DNA of 64,000 nt, from assembly GCA_001179505.1 (NCBI GenBank), contig CDMY01000356.1:372001-436000 (forward strand). The letters are read 5' to 3'. The translations under genes and the position numbers were made by a program. Shown piece after piece: positions 50,038 to 63,200 of the stretch. Position 1 is the first letter of the stretch. Each line of letters opens with the position of its first letter. The notes beneath the pieces are model-generated. The model was not told the origin of the DNA. It saw only the letters and a program-made list of their open reading frames with translations, and made no database searches. Origin of the DNA: Vitrella brassicaformis CCMP3155. Lineage: Eukaryota; Protista; Chromerida.

Positions 50038-51007
50038 GGGATGGATGGATGGATAGAGGCGAGACGGGCGGTGGGCCCACACAGCCGATCGCTGTAAGTG
50101 TGTGTGTATCTTTGTGTGTGTGCGTGTGCATTTCGGTGTGAGACTTCCTCTCTGTGCTCCTTTCCTTCTTGTGTCAATACGTGTCCCTCTCGCTCTCGCA
50201 TCGTTAGTGAAACTGTGCACCCCACACCATGTCTTGGCATTCAGCAAACGTCCTTACGCATGGCATACACGCATCGCATCGCATCATCCAACCCATGGAC
50301 GTACGTCACATGTCTACCTTATCCCATTGTTCGCCGCTGCACTGCATGCGCCAGACAAAAAACTGCCTGGGCACACGGCCTACCTCCGCCCACTCACTGC
50401 CGCAGCTCTTTCCTGCCACGATGTTCCAGCTCAGACAGGCCACCCTCACGAGAAGCGGCCCACCTTGTGGCAAGTGGGCCGCTTGACCTAAGGGCCACCC
50501 GAGAGAGCGGTAGTCATCTTGACCGAAACGCCCCTCGGCAAGGCAAATGAAAACAGTGGATCAAGAAAACCACCCAGTCTCACAGCAGAGAAACACCCAT
50601 CGACCCATCCACCCACAGGCCGCTGCTGAGGTACTATCAAGGCCTTTCTGCTCCTCTCACCCTCCTCTCCTCTCCTCCAAATGCATGTATGCCCTCTCCC
50701 TCGGACAGTCGTGTGCGGATGGGAAGAAGTCATGTCATGTGGTGAAAAAACTTGGAACCAGGAATCAGCCAGGCAGGCCAGCAGCGTAGTGTGTGTCGTG
50801 TGTGCGATCAGGTGCGATGCGATGCGATAGACATGCAGGGAGGCAGGGAGGAAGGGAGGGAGAGAGGCTCACAGGCATGATGTGATGTACAGTACAACAC
50901 GTACGTGTCCGTATTCTTCTGTCTGTCTGTCTGTCCAGCTAGCGAGAGAAACCAGCTGTCTGTTCATCGCCCCGCCCGCCCCGCCGCCAGGTCGATGTAC
51001 GTATGTG

Positions 51008-51400
51008 TCAGAAGGTCCCCTTGTTCTCGGGGGCCTTGCCTCGGAGGGCGTGCACCTCCTCCCTAACACAACACACACAGCCAGACAGCCAAATGGGTGC
51101 ATTCATGCGGGTTTGGGGCATTCGTTGCGTGTCTGCCTTAGTCACCTGAGTCTGTCAATCTCCTTAACGCTCGACTCTGCACACACACACACACGCACAC
51201 ACACACATGAGGGACAGGACGCAGCCAGTGCACCGATAGATCTATGTGGATCTGCCCCTCCCCCAGGCCTCACCTTTGAATGCGTAGTATTTCTTGTAGA
51301 GGAGTGAGACCTCCTTGTAGGCCATCTTGGCGATTTCCTTGGCGTCGAGCTTCTCCAGCTCCGCGTCGGTGAGGGGGGGCGTGTGCACAGTGTCGGTCAT
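51008..51400 (-). CDS. 70-aa coiled-coil microprotein of unknown function
   Basis: Exons 51400-51274, 51176-51146, 51062-51008 (213 nt) splice in phase with GT-AG ends to give MTDTVHTPPLTDAELEKLDAKEIAKMAYKEVSLLYKKYYAFKESSVKEIDRLREEVHALRGKAPENKGTF*. Confidence 0.6.
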
Positions 51401-51618
51401 GCTTCGTCCCGGGGGAGGTTGCTGCTGGTGTGACGAAACGGGCGTCACTTCCGAGGCCTCAGATGGCGTGCGTAACAGGCGCTCAGAGGGATCTTGGTGC
51501 GCAATGGCTGCGGAGCTTCAGCTTGCATTTGGATGAACGCTGCCCAATGAGAATCTTCCGCACACCCGTTTTCGGAGTGAGCCCTAACCGCTCACCGTCC
51601 TCACCAGCTGTCCTGGCC
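51401..51618. promoter_or_regulatory. Putative bidirectional promoter between the microprotein gene and AMT
   Basis: Divergent ATGs separated by 218 nt. Shares GGATCTTGGT..CGCAATG with the 20627-20851 interval. Confidence 0.45.
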
Positions 51619-53766
51619 ATGTCTGAAACGATGGATCCATCAGCCCTGATGGCTGAGATAGAAAGCCTCAAGACCAAGATGGCAGAGCAGGAGGAGCTCA
51701 ACGCCGCCACCTTCGACACGCTGTAAGGAAGCCATCCCATGTCCACAATGAGTCAACAATGCACCAGATCTGTGCTCGTGCGTGTGTGTGTGTGCTGCAT
51801 GTGTGTCAGGTTCATCATTCTGTCGGCCATCATTATCTCCTTCATGCAGGGCGGCCTGGCGCTCCTCGAAGGTGTGCAGTGCACTCACACTAGGCGTTCA
51901 CTGTGGACGTGTGTGCGTGTATGTGTGTGTGTGTTTGTTGGTCCTTGCTGTGCCCAGCTGGCATGGTCGCGTCCAAAAACGTGCAGCACATACTCATGAA
52001 GAGTCAGCAGCACACACTCGCACACACAAACACACACACACACACGCACAGTGCATTTGCTGTCTGTCTGTCTGTCTGCGTATCTGCCCAGATCTGTTTG
52101 ACGTGTGTTTCGGCACCATTGCCTTCTGGCTGGTTGGCTACGCCTTCGCCTTCGGTGACGACACGGGCATCGGATTCATTGGCATGAGCGAATTCGCTGG
52201 TCAGTCAGGCAGTAGCACTGACCACATATCTACCATAGGCTGTGTAGCGATGCGGTCCCCTGCTGCATATTTCTGTCTGCTATGCTTGTGTGTGTGGTTT
52301 GGTCTCCACCAGGCATCTGGCCGGACATCGTCAATCGGGACTGGTTCTTCCTGTGGACCTTCTGCACCGTCACGGCGTCCATCATTTCTGGCGCCTTAGC
52401 GGAGCGGACAGACTTCCGGGCGTATGCGTGGTTCGTGCTGGTGGAGTGCGCCATCGTGTTTCCCGTGCTGCTGCACTGGGGGTGGCATCCCGACGGCTGG
52501 CTGCTGCACCTCGACCCCATCTCGTACAAGGACTTCGCTGGCGCGGGGCTCGTCCACTTCCACTCAGGTACCTGAGCCTGCCTGCCTGCCTGCCTGTGCA
52601 TCATGACAGACACATGTTGTTGACTGGGAGGATGGGTGTCTTTTCTGTCATTGATTTGATTGGTCTGGTGCCTTGCCTCAGGGACCATGGCTTTCATGGG
52701 CGCGTGGCTGGTCGGCCCCCGTCTCGGCCGCTTTGACCCTGCTGTCGATCAGTCCCGCTTCAAGCCGCACAACGTGCCGCTCTACATCTTGGGTGTGTTT
52801 GCCCTGTGGATGGGGTGGTACAGCTTCAACACCGGCAGCAACTTCGGCATCTCGCGCGGCGGCTACGAGGTTGTGTCAGTCATCGCCGCAAACACCACAC
52901 TCAGCGGCACTCTCGGAGGTCCTCAGACCACCACCATTCACTCCACCCCATCACACACACGTCTCTCTCTCTCTCTGTGTGATGTTTGTCAGCTGTGACA
53001 TGTTTTGTGATCGAGTCTTACCTGAACCGGAAGGAACTGACGTACGACCTCGAGGCGCTGGCCAACGGCGTGCTGTCGGGGCTGGTGGCCATCTGCGGCG
53101 GGTGCAACAGCATGTACCCTTGGGGCGCCGTGCTGACGGGCATTGGGGCGGGCATCTCTTTCATCCTCTTCAAGTACCTCTGCTTCTGGATCAAGGCAAG
53201 CCCGACACGGACGGATTAACCGCTGCAGCATGGCATACGTGACCTACATATAAATTTGCAAATGGATGGTGTGTGTGGTTTATTTGCTAGGTGGATGACC
53301 CCCTCGGTGCGTCGGCGGTGCATGGCGCAGCGGGGTTCTGGGGCGTCTTCATGGCGGGACTGCTCAACAAGGAGACGGGCGGCATGCCCATGCAGGTGGC
53401 CGCGCAGTTCATCGGGCTGGCCTCCGTGCTGGCATGGTCCGTCTGCTGGTCGCTGGCAATCTGGCTGCCTTGCAAGTGGATGGGTACGCACAAACAAACG
53501 AGACACTAGGAGGCATCGAAGAAAGAATGGAATGGAACCGCCGTCTGTCTGTCTCTGTGTGTGTGTGTGTGTCAGGCATCATGCGGTGTCCGCCTGAGGA
53601 GGAGGAGATCGGCCAGGACGTGCACCTGCATGGCGGCAGCGGCTACCGCTACCACATGGACGCGCTGCCCGGCGAGGTCATTGAGACCTGCAGCCCGAGA
53701 AATCTGGGCGTGGAGAACAAACTCACCGCCCCCAGCAGCGAGAACGGACACGAGGCAAAAGTCTGA
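51619..53766 (+). CDS. AMT: Ammonium transporter (Amt/Mep/Rh family)
   Basis: SFMQGGLALLE|AGMVASKN, ASIISGALAER, DFAGAGLVH (first conserved His), RLGRFD, LWMGWYSFNTGS, NGVLSGLVAI, DDPLGASAVHG (second His). Stop 53764-53766. Confidence 0.95.
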
Positions 53767-55190
53767 GAGGACAGGAGAGGAGAGGAGGGAGAGACTGTCT
53801 GTCGTGCGGGCACACATGGATGGGATGCGCGGAGGATGGCTGTTCTGTTCTGTTCAGTTCTGTGTGCATAAGTGGCGTGGCTTGGTGGGGCGTTGGGGGC
53901 CGCGGAGGTCTTTTTGCCTTCCGCCCTCCCCCACCTCTCCTCTCCTCTCGTCTCTCGTCTCCTCTTGTCTCGTATCTCTTTATCGCTTTCAAGTACTGAT
54001 CTTGATGCCTGGTTGCTCGTTCGTGCGTGTCTGTCTGTTTGTCTGTCTGTCTCGCTACTAATTGCCTGCCTGTCTGTCTGATTGATGGGCTCCCAATGAG
54101 GAGACCCACTCCCGCCTCTCTCTCTCTCTCTCTCTCTCCCCCACCCCCACCCCCTCGTCTGAGTGAGTGCGATGTCGCGTACATGTGTGTGTGTGTCGAT
54201 TGCATGGCTGTCCAGCCCTCCCTCCCAGGGCTCCCTGGTTTTGCTATTTTGTGTGTGTCTGTACATGTATGTCATGTGCCGTCCGTGCCGTCAAGGTGTG
54301 TGTGGGTTGGGTCATGTAGAATAGGAAGGAATGGGGGCCTGTCGGTCGGTCGGTCGTGTGTGTGTTCGTTGGCTGTTTTGTTTTATCCATTAATCGTATG
54401 CTATGCTATGCAATGCTATGCTATGCGTGTGTCTTGTCGATCGGTCGGCTTGTCGTGCCTGCCTGCCTGCCTGGATGGATGGACACAGGCAGAGAGAGAG
54501 AGAAAGAGGGAGATGCGTACTCGCACAGATTAGGTAGGGGTGTCTGTCTGTCGGCTGTTTTAAGCCGTCGACGAGTGTAGAGGTGTCGGTCGCTTCATTC
54601 ATGTGTGTACCTCGTCTGCAGTGTATAGAGGCTCTCCAGTGGTCCGTTCACACGGAGGGCGCGTGCAGCCGGCCCTGTCTGTCTGTCTGTCTCGTTGTCG
54701 CACTGCAGTGCACCGATGGCATCTCGCGCCACTCACTGAGTGAGCTGACTTCATGCCGTCTTGGGGTACGCTCGTGGATGGATGTGTACGTGTGACTTCA
54801 TGCTGCTTCACACGCACGTATGGCTGTGTGTGGTATGCCGGGACACATTTCGTGAGCCGTTGCGGACGGACACGTTATAAATACAGCTAAGAGGTAGTTG
54901 CGATTAATTAGTTGGAAGGAAGCATGAGAAGTCCATAAATTACTGCCTGCCTGCTTGCCTGGCTGGCTGCCTTGCGCGCTGTCCCGTCCGTCACCCACCC
55001 TAATGTGGTGTCTGTCTTTGTGGGCGAGGCCAGTCGCGGCTAGGAGGGCACACAGACGCAGACGCACCCATAGATATGATATGAACACACACCACACACA
55101 CACTCCGAGCGAACGCTGACTGGTCGGTCGTCTCGTCTACAACTATGAACACACATGTCTGTAAGCCGCCCTGATGGATGGATGGATGGA

Positions 55191-55950
55191 TCATTCGGTC
55201 TTCTTGGCCAGCCCCTCGGCTCGCCTTGCCCTGACCGTCTTGCTGTGCGATAAGACCTGGTTGCCCACAACCACCGCCACAAACGCTGCACTCACACACA
55301 CATACACATTCACAAACACACCACAGAGAAAGTGTGTTGTGTGTGGCGTGTATGTTGGTTGGATTGGGTGTGTGGCTGTCTGTCTGTCTGTCTGTCTCAC
55401 TGACTGAGGGGCACAAGTATCTTGACAAACGTGACGATCGATTTCGTCAGCCAAAACCAAAACAGCAGACCCGCCTCAGACACCAACAACACCTGATGTG
55501 ATGTGCATGGCATGGGATGCATGGGGCGCATCAATCACATCGATGAACACACAGAGCGAGAGGCATACCATGCGCACCCCCACTGGCCCACTGACAAGAA
55601 ATACCCACCCCCCCCCCCACCTGGAAGAGCACTGCGTAGATGAAGTGTGTCGACTCGGTGGTCGGTTTTGGGAAGCAGGCCATGTTGGCGGGCACCCTGC
55701 CCCACGCCCACACCAGACCACCGACGGGCACCAACGTGCACAAAACCAACGCCACCAACGGGATCTGAACACACACACACACACACAGACACAGACGCAG
55801 ATATGTACGTCGGCAGGTGTGTGTGTGTATGTGTGTGTGTGGTCTGTGTGTACCAGGGGGTTGGGTGAGGGTGGTGGTGGGTTGAATTGATGGTGGATGA
55901 GGGGACGGGCACGCCATGGCAGCTCGCTCTTCAACACAATCTCCTACACA

Positions 55951-55986
<36 letters not shown>

Positions 55987-58900
55987 CACACAGAGAGATG
56001 CAGTGTGTGGGGTAGCCAACTAACCTCTGTGCCGTCAGGTTTGGGCACTGTGGCGGTCTTGAGCGGCGCAGAGAACTTAAAACGAACGCCCCCAAGACGC
56101 CTGACATTCACGGAATGATCCCACACATACTGGCCCGTCCGTCCATTTGGTGTGCACCCGCACCCCACCCCTAACTGACACACCAGTTGATGGACTCGTA
56201 GAGATTGGCATCGCCTGCACGGCCGAGACGGAGGGATTAGATAGGGGGGGAGAGGAGAGGAGAGGGGAGGACAACAAAGAGAGAGAGAGAGAGGCCCCCA
56301 TGCCATGAGTGTGGCCGTCTCTCTGTGTGTGTGCCTCACTCACTGACCGATGAGCATCTTGACATAGTAGACGCCATCCACAGCAGGCACCGGCCTCTGA
56401 TGTTGGTTGACACACCATGCCATCCGCCCCCCTGTGTGCGTCGCATCGTGTGACCATACCTTATCGCCGTTGAGGTCGACAGTGAGTGTGAACCGCCCCG
56501 CCGCCCCCTTGTCCATCATCTGCTGACGGGGGCGGTATATCGGCAACGGAGTGTCTGCAGGGAGGGAAGGGACCAATGGCGGCCGAGGACACATGCCACA
56601 TGCCACACGCACAACTCGGTCTGTGTGTGCCTCTCTCTCTCTGGCTCTGGCTCTTGCTCTGTATTCTCTCACCCTTTTGGTCTGGCTTGTTCAGCTCGAA
56701 GAGCAGCGCCACCTGATGGGGCGTCAGGGGCTCGCCTGTCAATGCGTCCTCCAGCTGCGCACACCGCACGCACACGCCGACAGACAGCTGAGTGAATGGT
56801 TAGTGTGTTTGTGTCGTGTCTGTCTGTCTGGGTTGGGTGTGGTGTGCTGACTCACTCACCGCAGCGGTGAAGGTGAGTGTCTGTGTGTCGTCGATGGCCA
56901 CGATGGGCGTCAGGCTGTCCAGAGGGCTTGCAGGCAGCTCGCTCGTGCCCTTGCCGCCTTTGGCCTTGCTGGGAGCCTTGTACTCATACCTAATCCATCC
57001 ATCCATCCATCCCATTCACAGCACAACACCGTCCACGAGGCTGCCTGCCATCTATATGCTGTCTGTCGTGTGTGTGGGCGTACAGCGCTGCTTTGGAAGC
57101 TGAGGAGGTGACGGTGAGCTTGCTGACGCGGACATTGGCGCGGGCAGACAGACTCCGCACCAAAGTGTACTCGGTCGACCCCTGCACACCACACCAAGCA
57201 CACACACACACCGACATTCAGCCACAGACACAGCCACAGACACAGACACGTTTCGCTTCTCTCGCGTGTGTCGATCTATCTGTGTCTGTCTGACGGTGTC
57301 TGTCTGACCTTGTCGAGTGTGGGTACGGTGATGCCGAACTTGACGGCGGGGTTTTTGCCGATGATCTCTGACGCCTTCTTGCCCTCGGCCGTCGGCACAG
57401 CCCCCTCATACACACAGCTGCCCGTGCGCTCAAGCGACTGCAACCGTCACGTGACTGACGATGTTTCGGTTGGTTCGGTTTGTTTGTTGCCGTCTGTCTG
57501 TCTGTCTGTCTGTGTGTCTGTCTTACAATGGGCTGTTGCTGTGTGATGGGGGCGGGCAGCATGCGCACCGAGATGCCGCCCACCTCGGCCCCCAGCAATC
57601 CACACACTGACAGCTGCACACCACACACCGATACGATATGGACATTCCTAATTTGATTCACACACGCCTTGCCTTGCTCCACCCTCCCAGCTCCCTCCCT
57701 GTTAGTATGTCACTGGCTGACCTTGATGTGTATGGTGTCGTCCTTGATGTCTTGGGCATGTGGCGGTGCGAACGACACCCCAGTGACCGTCTGCGTGTTG
57801 GCCGCCGCCTTCAGTGCCATGTAGGCGTGCCCGATGTCCGCTGACACGCGTGTGCCCCGGAGGAAGGCCACCAGGTAGTCCTGAAGATGAGATGCGCACG
57901 GCCCTCAACTCTCCCGGCTACGGGGGATGTGTGGATGCATGTGTGTGTGCGTGTGAGAGGTGGTTGTGTGTCACGCCTCTCCGCCCACCAGGTCTTCGAT
58001 GATGGCGGGAGGTATGGGGCCAGAGATGTGCATCTCAGGCGCCAGCCTGACCACACACACACACGAAAAAGGAGGACCAATGGGGCGTTGCTGGTGCCTG
58101 GGGGCCCGGCCTCACTTGAAGAACGCCTCGACGAGGAGAGCGGCCACCTTGATGTCGCTCATCCGCTTGTCAGCAGAGAAGGGCGAGGGGGCCGGCTGAC
58201 ACACACACAACACATATACACACACACATACACACACATACCGGCTCAGACAGACACAGGTGCAACAACGAACTGTGTGCACTGCACTGCTGTGTGTGGC
58301 TGGCTCACGGCGGCGCTGGGGTCTTCCGCCTGTAGTGCCTTGGAGAGCACACTGGGGAGGTTCTTCAGCGACACACCGATGGACTCCCTGAATGGAATGG
58401 GGCAGCAGCAGAGGGAGGAAGATGGGCATACATACATAGACACCCACAGCAGTTGAAGCATATATGATATGTGTTGTGTTGTGTTGTGTTGTGTCGTGCT
58501 GCGCCGCACCTGTCAACGACGGGGAAGATGTTGGCGAGGATGGAGAAGCCCACAGCAGCCGACTCCTTGCCCGTCTGCGTCAGTCAGTCAGGGGAGACAA
58601 GGAAGGACAGGCTCGTTCATTCGTTCGTATGAACAACAACGAAGCGTGTCGTGTCGTGGCATGCCAGCATACACACTTACATGCTCGTACAGCAGGTCCA
58701 CCGTCAGGTCCCACACCGTCTTCCACTCTATCTCGCCCTTCCTCTACACACACACACACATCCACACCATCACCACACCATCACCACACCACACCACACC
58801 ACACCACACCACCACATCACATCACATCACATCACCACCCCGTCGGTGGCTGGCACCCCTCCCTAAACCAACACCCTCACTCACTCACCCCCGCGATGGC

Positions 58901-59631
58901 CAGTGGCGTGGCAGCGTAGAACAGCTCCGCTAGTGCCGACACGGGCAGCGGCCCCTCCTTCTGCTGGCCCACCACCTTGAGCACGGCGTTCTCGAGCACC
59001 TTGATGACGGTCTTCTTGGGCTTCTTGCTGCACCCCGACAGGTGAGCCGCTCCGATAGACAGATACAGGGCCTCGGACGAGGGGTCCGCGCCCTGCTGCG
59101 CTTGCAGGTAATCACAGATCTGCTCGACAGACAGACAGACAGACAGAAGGAGAGACAGAAGGAGAGAGGCCGATGATGGATCGCTGGCTGGCTAAACACG
59201 CTCATGCGTAGACGCGGTGTGTGTGTGTGTGTGTTGTGCTGTGCACCTCTGTGCTGTCCTTCACGACCGCTGCGTACGAGTAGGCGTGACTGATGTTATC
59301 TGAATGAAGCGGGGACCGACCAGACAGTCACACAGGCAGACGAGATGCGTGCTGCCTGTGTGTCTGCGTCACGGCCTGCCTGGCCGCCTTGCTCACCGAA
59401 TGCATTGTCGCTTCTCTTTGTCTCCTTGAGTGCCGCCGTGAGACGCTCCACATCGCCCTTGGTCAAGTATGAAGCAACTTGGCCCGACGCGCAGCAGGTC
59501 CAGCAAAGCCAGATTGTCAACACGCAGATCACCACGAGCGGCCTCCAGTCAGAGCATCGCCTCCGGCTGCTGCTGCTAGTGCTGCTGCTGCTGGTGCTGC
59601 AGGTGGTCACAGCTGCTGCCGCAGCCGTCAT
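55191..59631 (-). CDS. RPN2: Ribophorin II, oligosaccharyltransferase subunit (SWP1/OST delta)
   Basis: Signal peptide followed by ASYLTKGDVERLTAAL (cf. THYLTKHDVERLKASL). Lumenal beta-rich exons (FTLTVDL, DGVYYVKMLIG). C-terminal TMs LVPVGGLVWAWGRVPANM, LLFWFWLTKSIVTFVKIL, AAFVAVVVGNQVLSH, and a basic tail ending AKKTE*. Confidence 0.85.
58762..58838. repeat. Intronic (CACCA)n/(CACAT)n pentamer mosaic
   Basis: caccacaccacaccacacc...cacatcacatcacatcac visible. Confidence 0.8.
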
Positions 59632-60258
59632 CTTGACTGATCTCTGCAGGCGGGTCACAGATCAGATCTGTTTCCGGCTGCAGGCAGTGTAGCTGAGCAG
59701 CTATGAGCGTCCTTGCATCGGGGAGAAAGGGGAGAAGGGGAGTGGCCGGCCTCCCATGCAAGCTCGCAATTGAAGAGGGAGCGCGCGGCTTGGCAGCCTG
59801 ATGTGATGTGTGTGGCCGCCCAAGTGCAGTGCATTGCAAGGGGCGTCGTTTTGCACTGCTCCAATGCATTGATGGAGATTCACAGATCGGTTCACAGTCT
59901 GACACCGTAGTCAGTCAGTCAGTCGGTCAGGTGTACGGTACGAGCCACACACACGCATCGGCCACTGCCGAGATCAATAAACGTATAGCACATAGCATAT
60001 CGTGCTTGAACACTGACAGCATGACAGCATGATGTGACCCATTCATCTTCTCATACGCACCCATATATTTGTATAACGGAGCCTTCCTTCACAATTAATG
60101 CCCACCAAAGGCCCAGCCAGCCTAGTTAGTCCCAATCAAAACAAACACAACCCAATCACCCCGGGCCCCCGCAAACCCACCCCGGCCGACACATCCATGC
60201 CACGCCAGGCATCAATCACATCCGTTGGCCGTGCTACTTACTGTCCCCCAGCCGCCCC

Positions 60259-63200
60259 TCACACCGAGTGTGCGAGACTCGGCGAGTACGCTGATTGTGC
60301 GGGGGACGGCAAAGCATGTGGAGGGGGTGGCGGGGGCCGTGACGGCGGCGGGGGTATGTTGGCTGCCGGCTCCGGGCTCATGGGCACCACATACTCATAC
60401 TCTTGCTCCTGCTGCTGATTCTGCTGCTGCTGCTGATAGGGGACATTCCAGTCGGCTGGTTCGTTCATCTGAGGTATCGCTGGCAAAGGTGGCGGGGGTG
60501 GTGGGGGAGGGTGAAGGGGTGGGGAGTTGAGGATGGGCGAGCAGGGGTCATAGCTCGACTGGAGAGGGGGTCGTGGCGGCGCTCTCGACGGACATCGAGG
60601 ACCCATCATGCTGTTCAAGAAGGAGGGGCCCCGCGATTGGCAGCCCGACAGAAATGGCTCCTGGTTCGGGGCACCTGTTAGTTAACAATCACAGTTAGTC
60701 ACACATGCACACAAATGGCCGGCCGGCCATTCACTAAACCCATGTAGTGTCGTGTGTACACGTGACAGATGCTCACGTGGCTCCTTTGGCTACCTCTATT
60801 GGCCACTTGATGCATCGTCAACGGCTCTCCAAGCCCAGCGTCGGCCCCCACATCCTGACCCCCATAGTACCCCATGCCGCCAGATGCACGATCGGCCTCC
60901 TGCTGCTGGTGGTGGTGCTGCTGCTGGTGCGGGAAGCCACCACCGAACCTAGCGCCGCCACTCGCCGCGATTGCGTTCACAAGTGGCTGTAGTCCCTCCT
61001 CCAGCATGTGCTCATCGCGACTCAGCGACGGCATCGACGGACGGTGGGGAGGGGGCTGCTGCTGCTGATGCTGCTGCAGTGAAGGGCCAGTGGGTGAATG
61101 CGGCGCGAGAAAGGGGGGCCAATCGTTGCTAAAGAACGGTCCTGGGCGCATCATGCCCTGCTGCTGAGGAGGGATGTGGTCGGGCTGCCTGTCCACGGCC
61201 ATCATGTTGTTCATCCCCTCTCCGCCCTCCATCATCCCGCCAACGCCATCGGCTCCTGCAGCCCGGGCCTCGCTGCCGACCCCTGTCCACCGTGGCAAGG
61301 CCGAACCCAACAGATGGTCCCACTGCTGCCGTGGGACCATCCTGTCGCCGAAGCCGTTGGGGCTCAACACGTCACCGACCCACTCCTGTGGCACTTGCTG
61401 GTTCACCGGCTCATAGGCGCCGCCCGAGGCGGCTGGCGTCCTCCCATCCGGATCCACCCAGCCCGCCTGCATGAAAGCATCCTCGGGCTGCTCTAGATCT
61501 GCCTGCTGCCTGCTGCCGGGGGAGGCGCCCTGCGACAAGGCGAGAGAGGAGACCAGCTGTGGTGCCGGTGGTCTGGGTGCCGGGGCCGGGTCTGCGTCGG
61601 GATACGAGACGTTTTGGCGCCGCCTAGGGAAGAGCCTGGCGAGTTGGTGTTGGTGTGGTCGCAGAGTATTGGGTATGTGGCTGCCAGTGGTTGGTGCGGG
61701 GCGGGGCACCACATGGGGGCCGGGTGAGGGCGTGTTGCCCATGAGTGCAGGCAGGTCGCCCCATCCCGGGATGGGGCGCCTTGCGGTCCTTCCGGTGCGT
61801 GGGAGTGGGGGTGAGTGGCGGGCTGCTCGAGGGCCGGGGTGCTGATGGTTGGTGCTGGTGACGCTGTCGAGCATCTTCATCTGCTGCGCCTGGCCGCACC
61901 AGACAGACACAGAGAAGAACACAAACCGGATGATTGCTGATCGATCGTGACGACTGTGGGTGTGTGTTGTGTTGCGTCACGTCATTGCATACATAGATAC
62001 ATACCGCCGATTGTCGGAGGTCCAGCCGACACATGGGACAGTTGTGGGCCTTCTCGAGCCACACATCGAGACACCACTGCAGGCAAACACATCCATCACA
62101 CTCATGATCTCCACATGTATATACACGTGTGAGTGGCACGTGCCCTCTTTCCGTTCCTCACCACGTGGTATTTGTGCCCGCATTTGTCTACCCTTCGGAT
62201 GAGGGTGAGGGTCTCGAATTCCTCATGGCAGATGGCACACACACCCTCCGCCCCCTCTTCAACCCCAGTACTCCTGCTCTTCGATGATGGGCGCTGCTGG
62301 TTGGGGTCGTCGGCCTGGCGCGGCGACGACACGGCGGCCGAGAATGGGACGGACGGCTCGGCTGCCGCGGGCGAGAGGGGGACGGTGGGGGAGTTGGGTG
62401 CGTGGTAGCCCTTGAGAAGGGCTCTCACAGCGGAATCCATGTGCACTACCAAGGAGGTAGAATACCGGAGCTCCCTGCAGTCAATGAACAAACAGACACA
62501 TACATACATACATCGAGTGGAATGGCTACCTCCCTCCCTCCCTCTCCTCTCCTCTCCCTCTGCTGCGATCTCTCTCTCACTGACTTGAGGGACAGCCCGA
62601 ACCCCATGCGCATGTGCGGCGCGTATATCTCCTCATCATCGTCCCCCAGGCCCCCCTCGTCCAGCTCCCCCTCATCCGGCGCATCATCGAAAAGGAACCC
62701 CTCACGGTCGTCGTCCAGGTCGACGGGATTAGAGAGCTCCCGAAGATGTGGCGGGCTGCGCTCTCGCTGCCCGTCCTGCTGCTCGTTTAGCTCTCTCCAC
62801 CCGCGGAGACTCGGACCGGGTCCCATCGGCCACCAAACCATCGAATCTGTCTCCCGGTTTGCCCGCATCAGCGGCGCGTGTGGGTCCTCCCTATCGTCTG
62901 CTGCTGCTGCTGCTGCTGCTGGTGCTGGTTCTGCCGCCGACCGCGCCCTGACCTCGGTCGCCGGTGGTGCTGGTGCTGGTGTTGGTGTTGGTGAGAACCA
63001 TCGCTGCTGGCCGCCGCCCCTCTCCGCGAAGAACGCCTGTGCAAGCAGCACAGAGGGATCCACCCGAAGGCCCGGGGACCTCTGCACATCAGCCGACGAT
63101 GCTTGAGCCGGTGGTGCACCACCGCTCATCTCGTGTCGACGCCGATGCACCACCGGCGAGTCGAATGTTTCGAATCCGCCAGCATTCTGTTGACCATTGA

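Noticed and set aside
51008-51400. GlnK/PII-like partner next to AMT, as in bacterial glnK-amtB
   Set aside because: The peptide has no PII T-loop or signature and appears purely helical.
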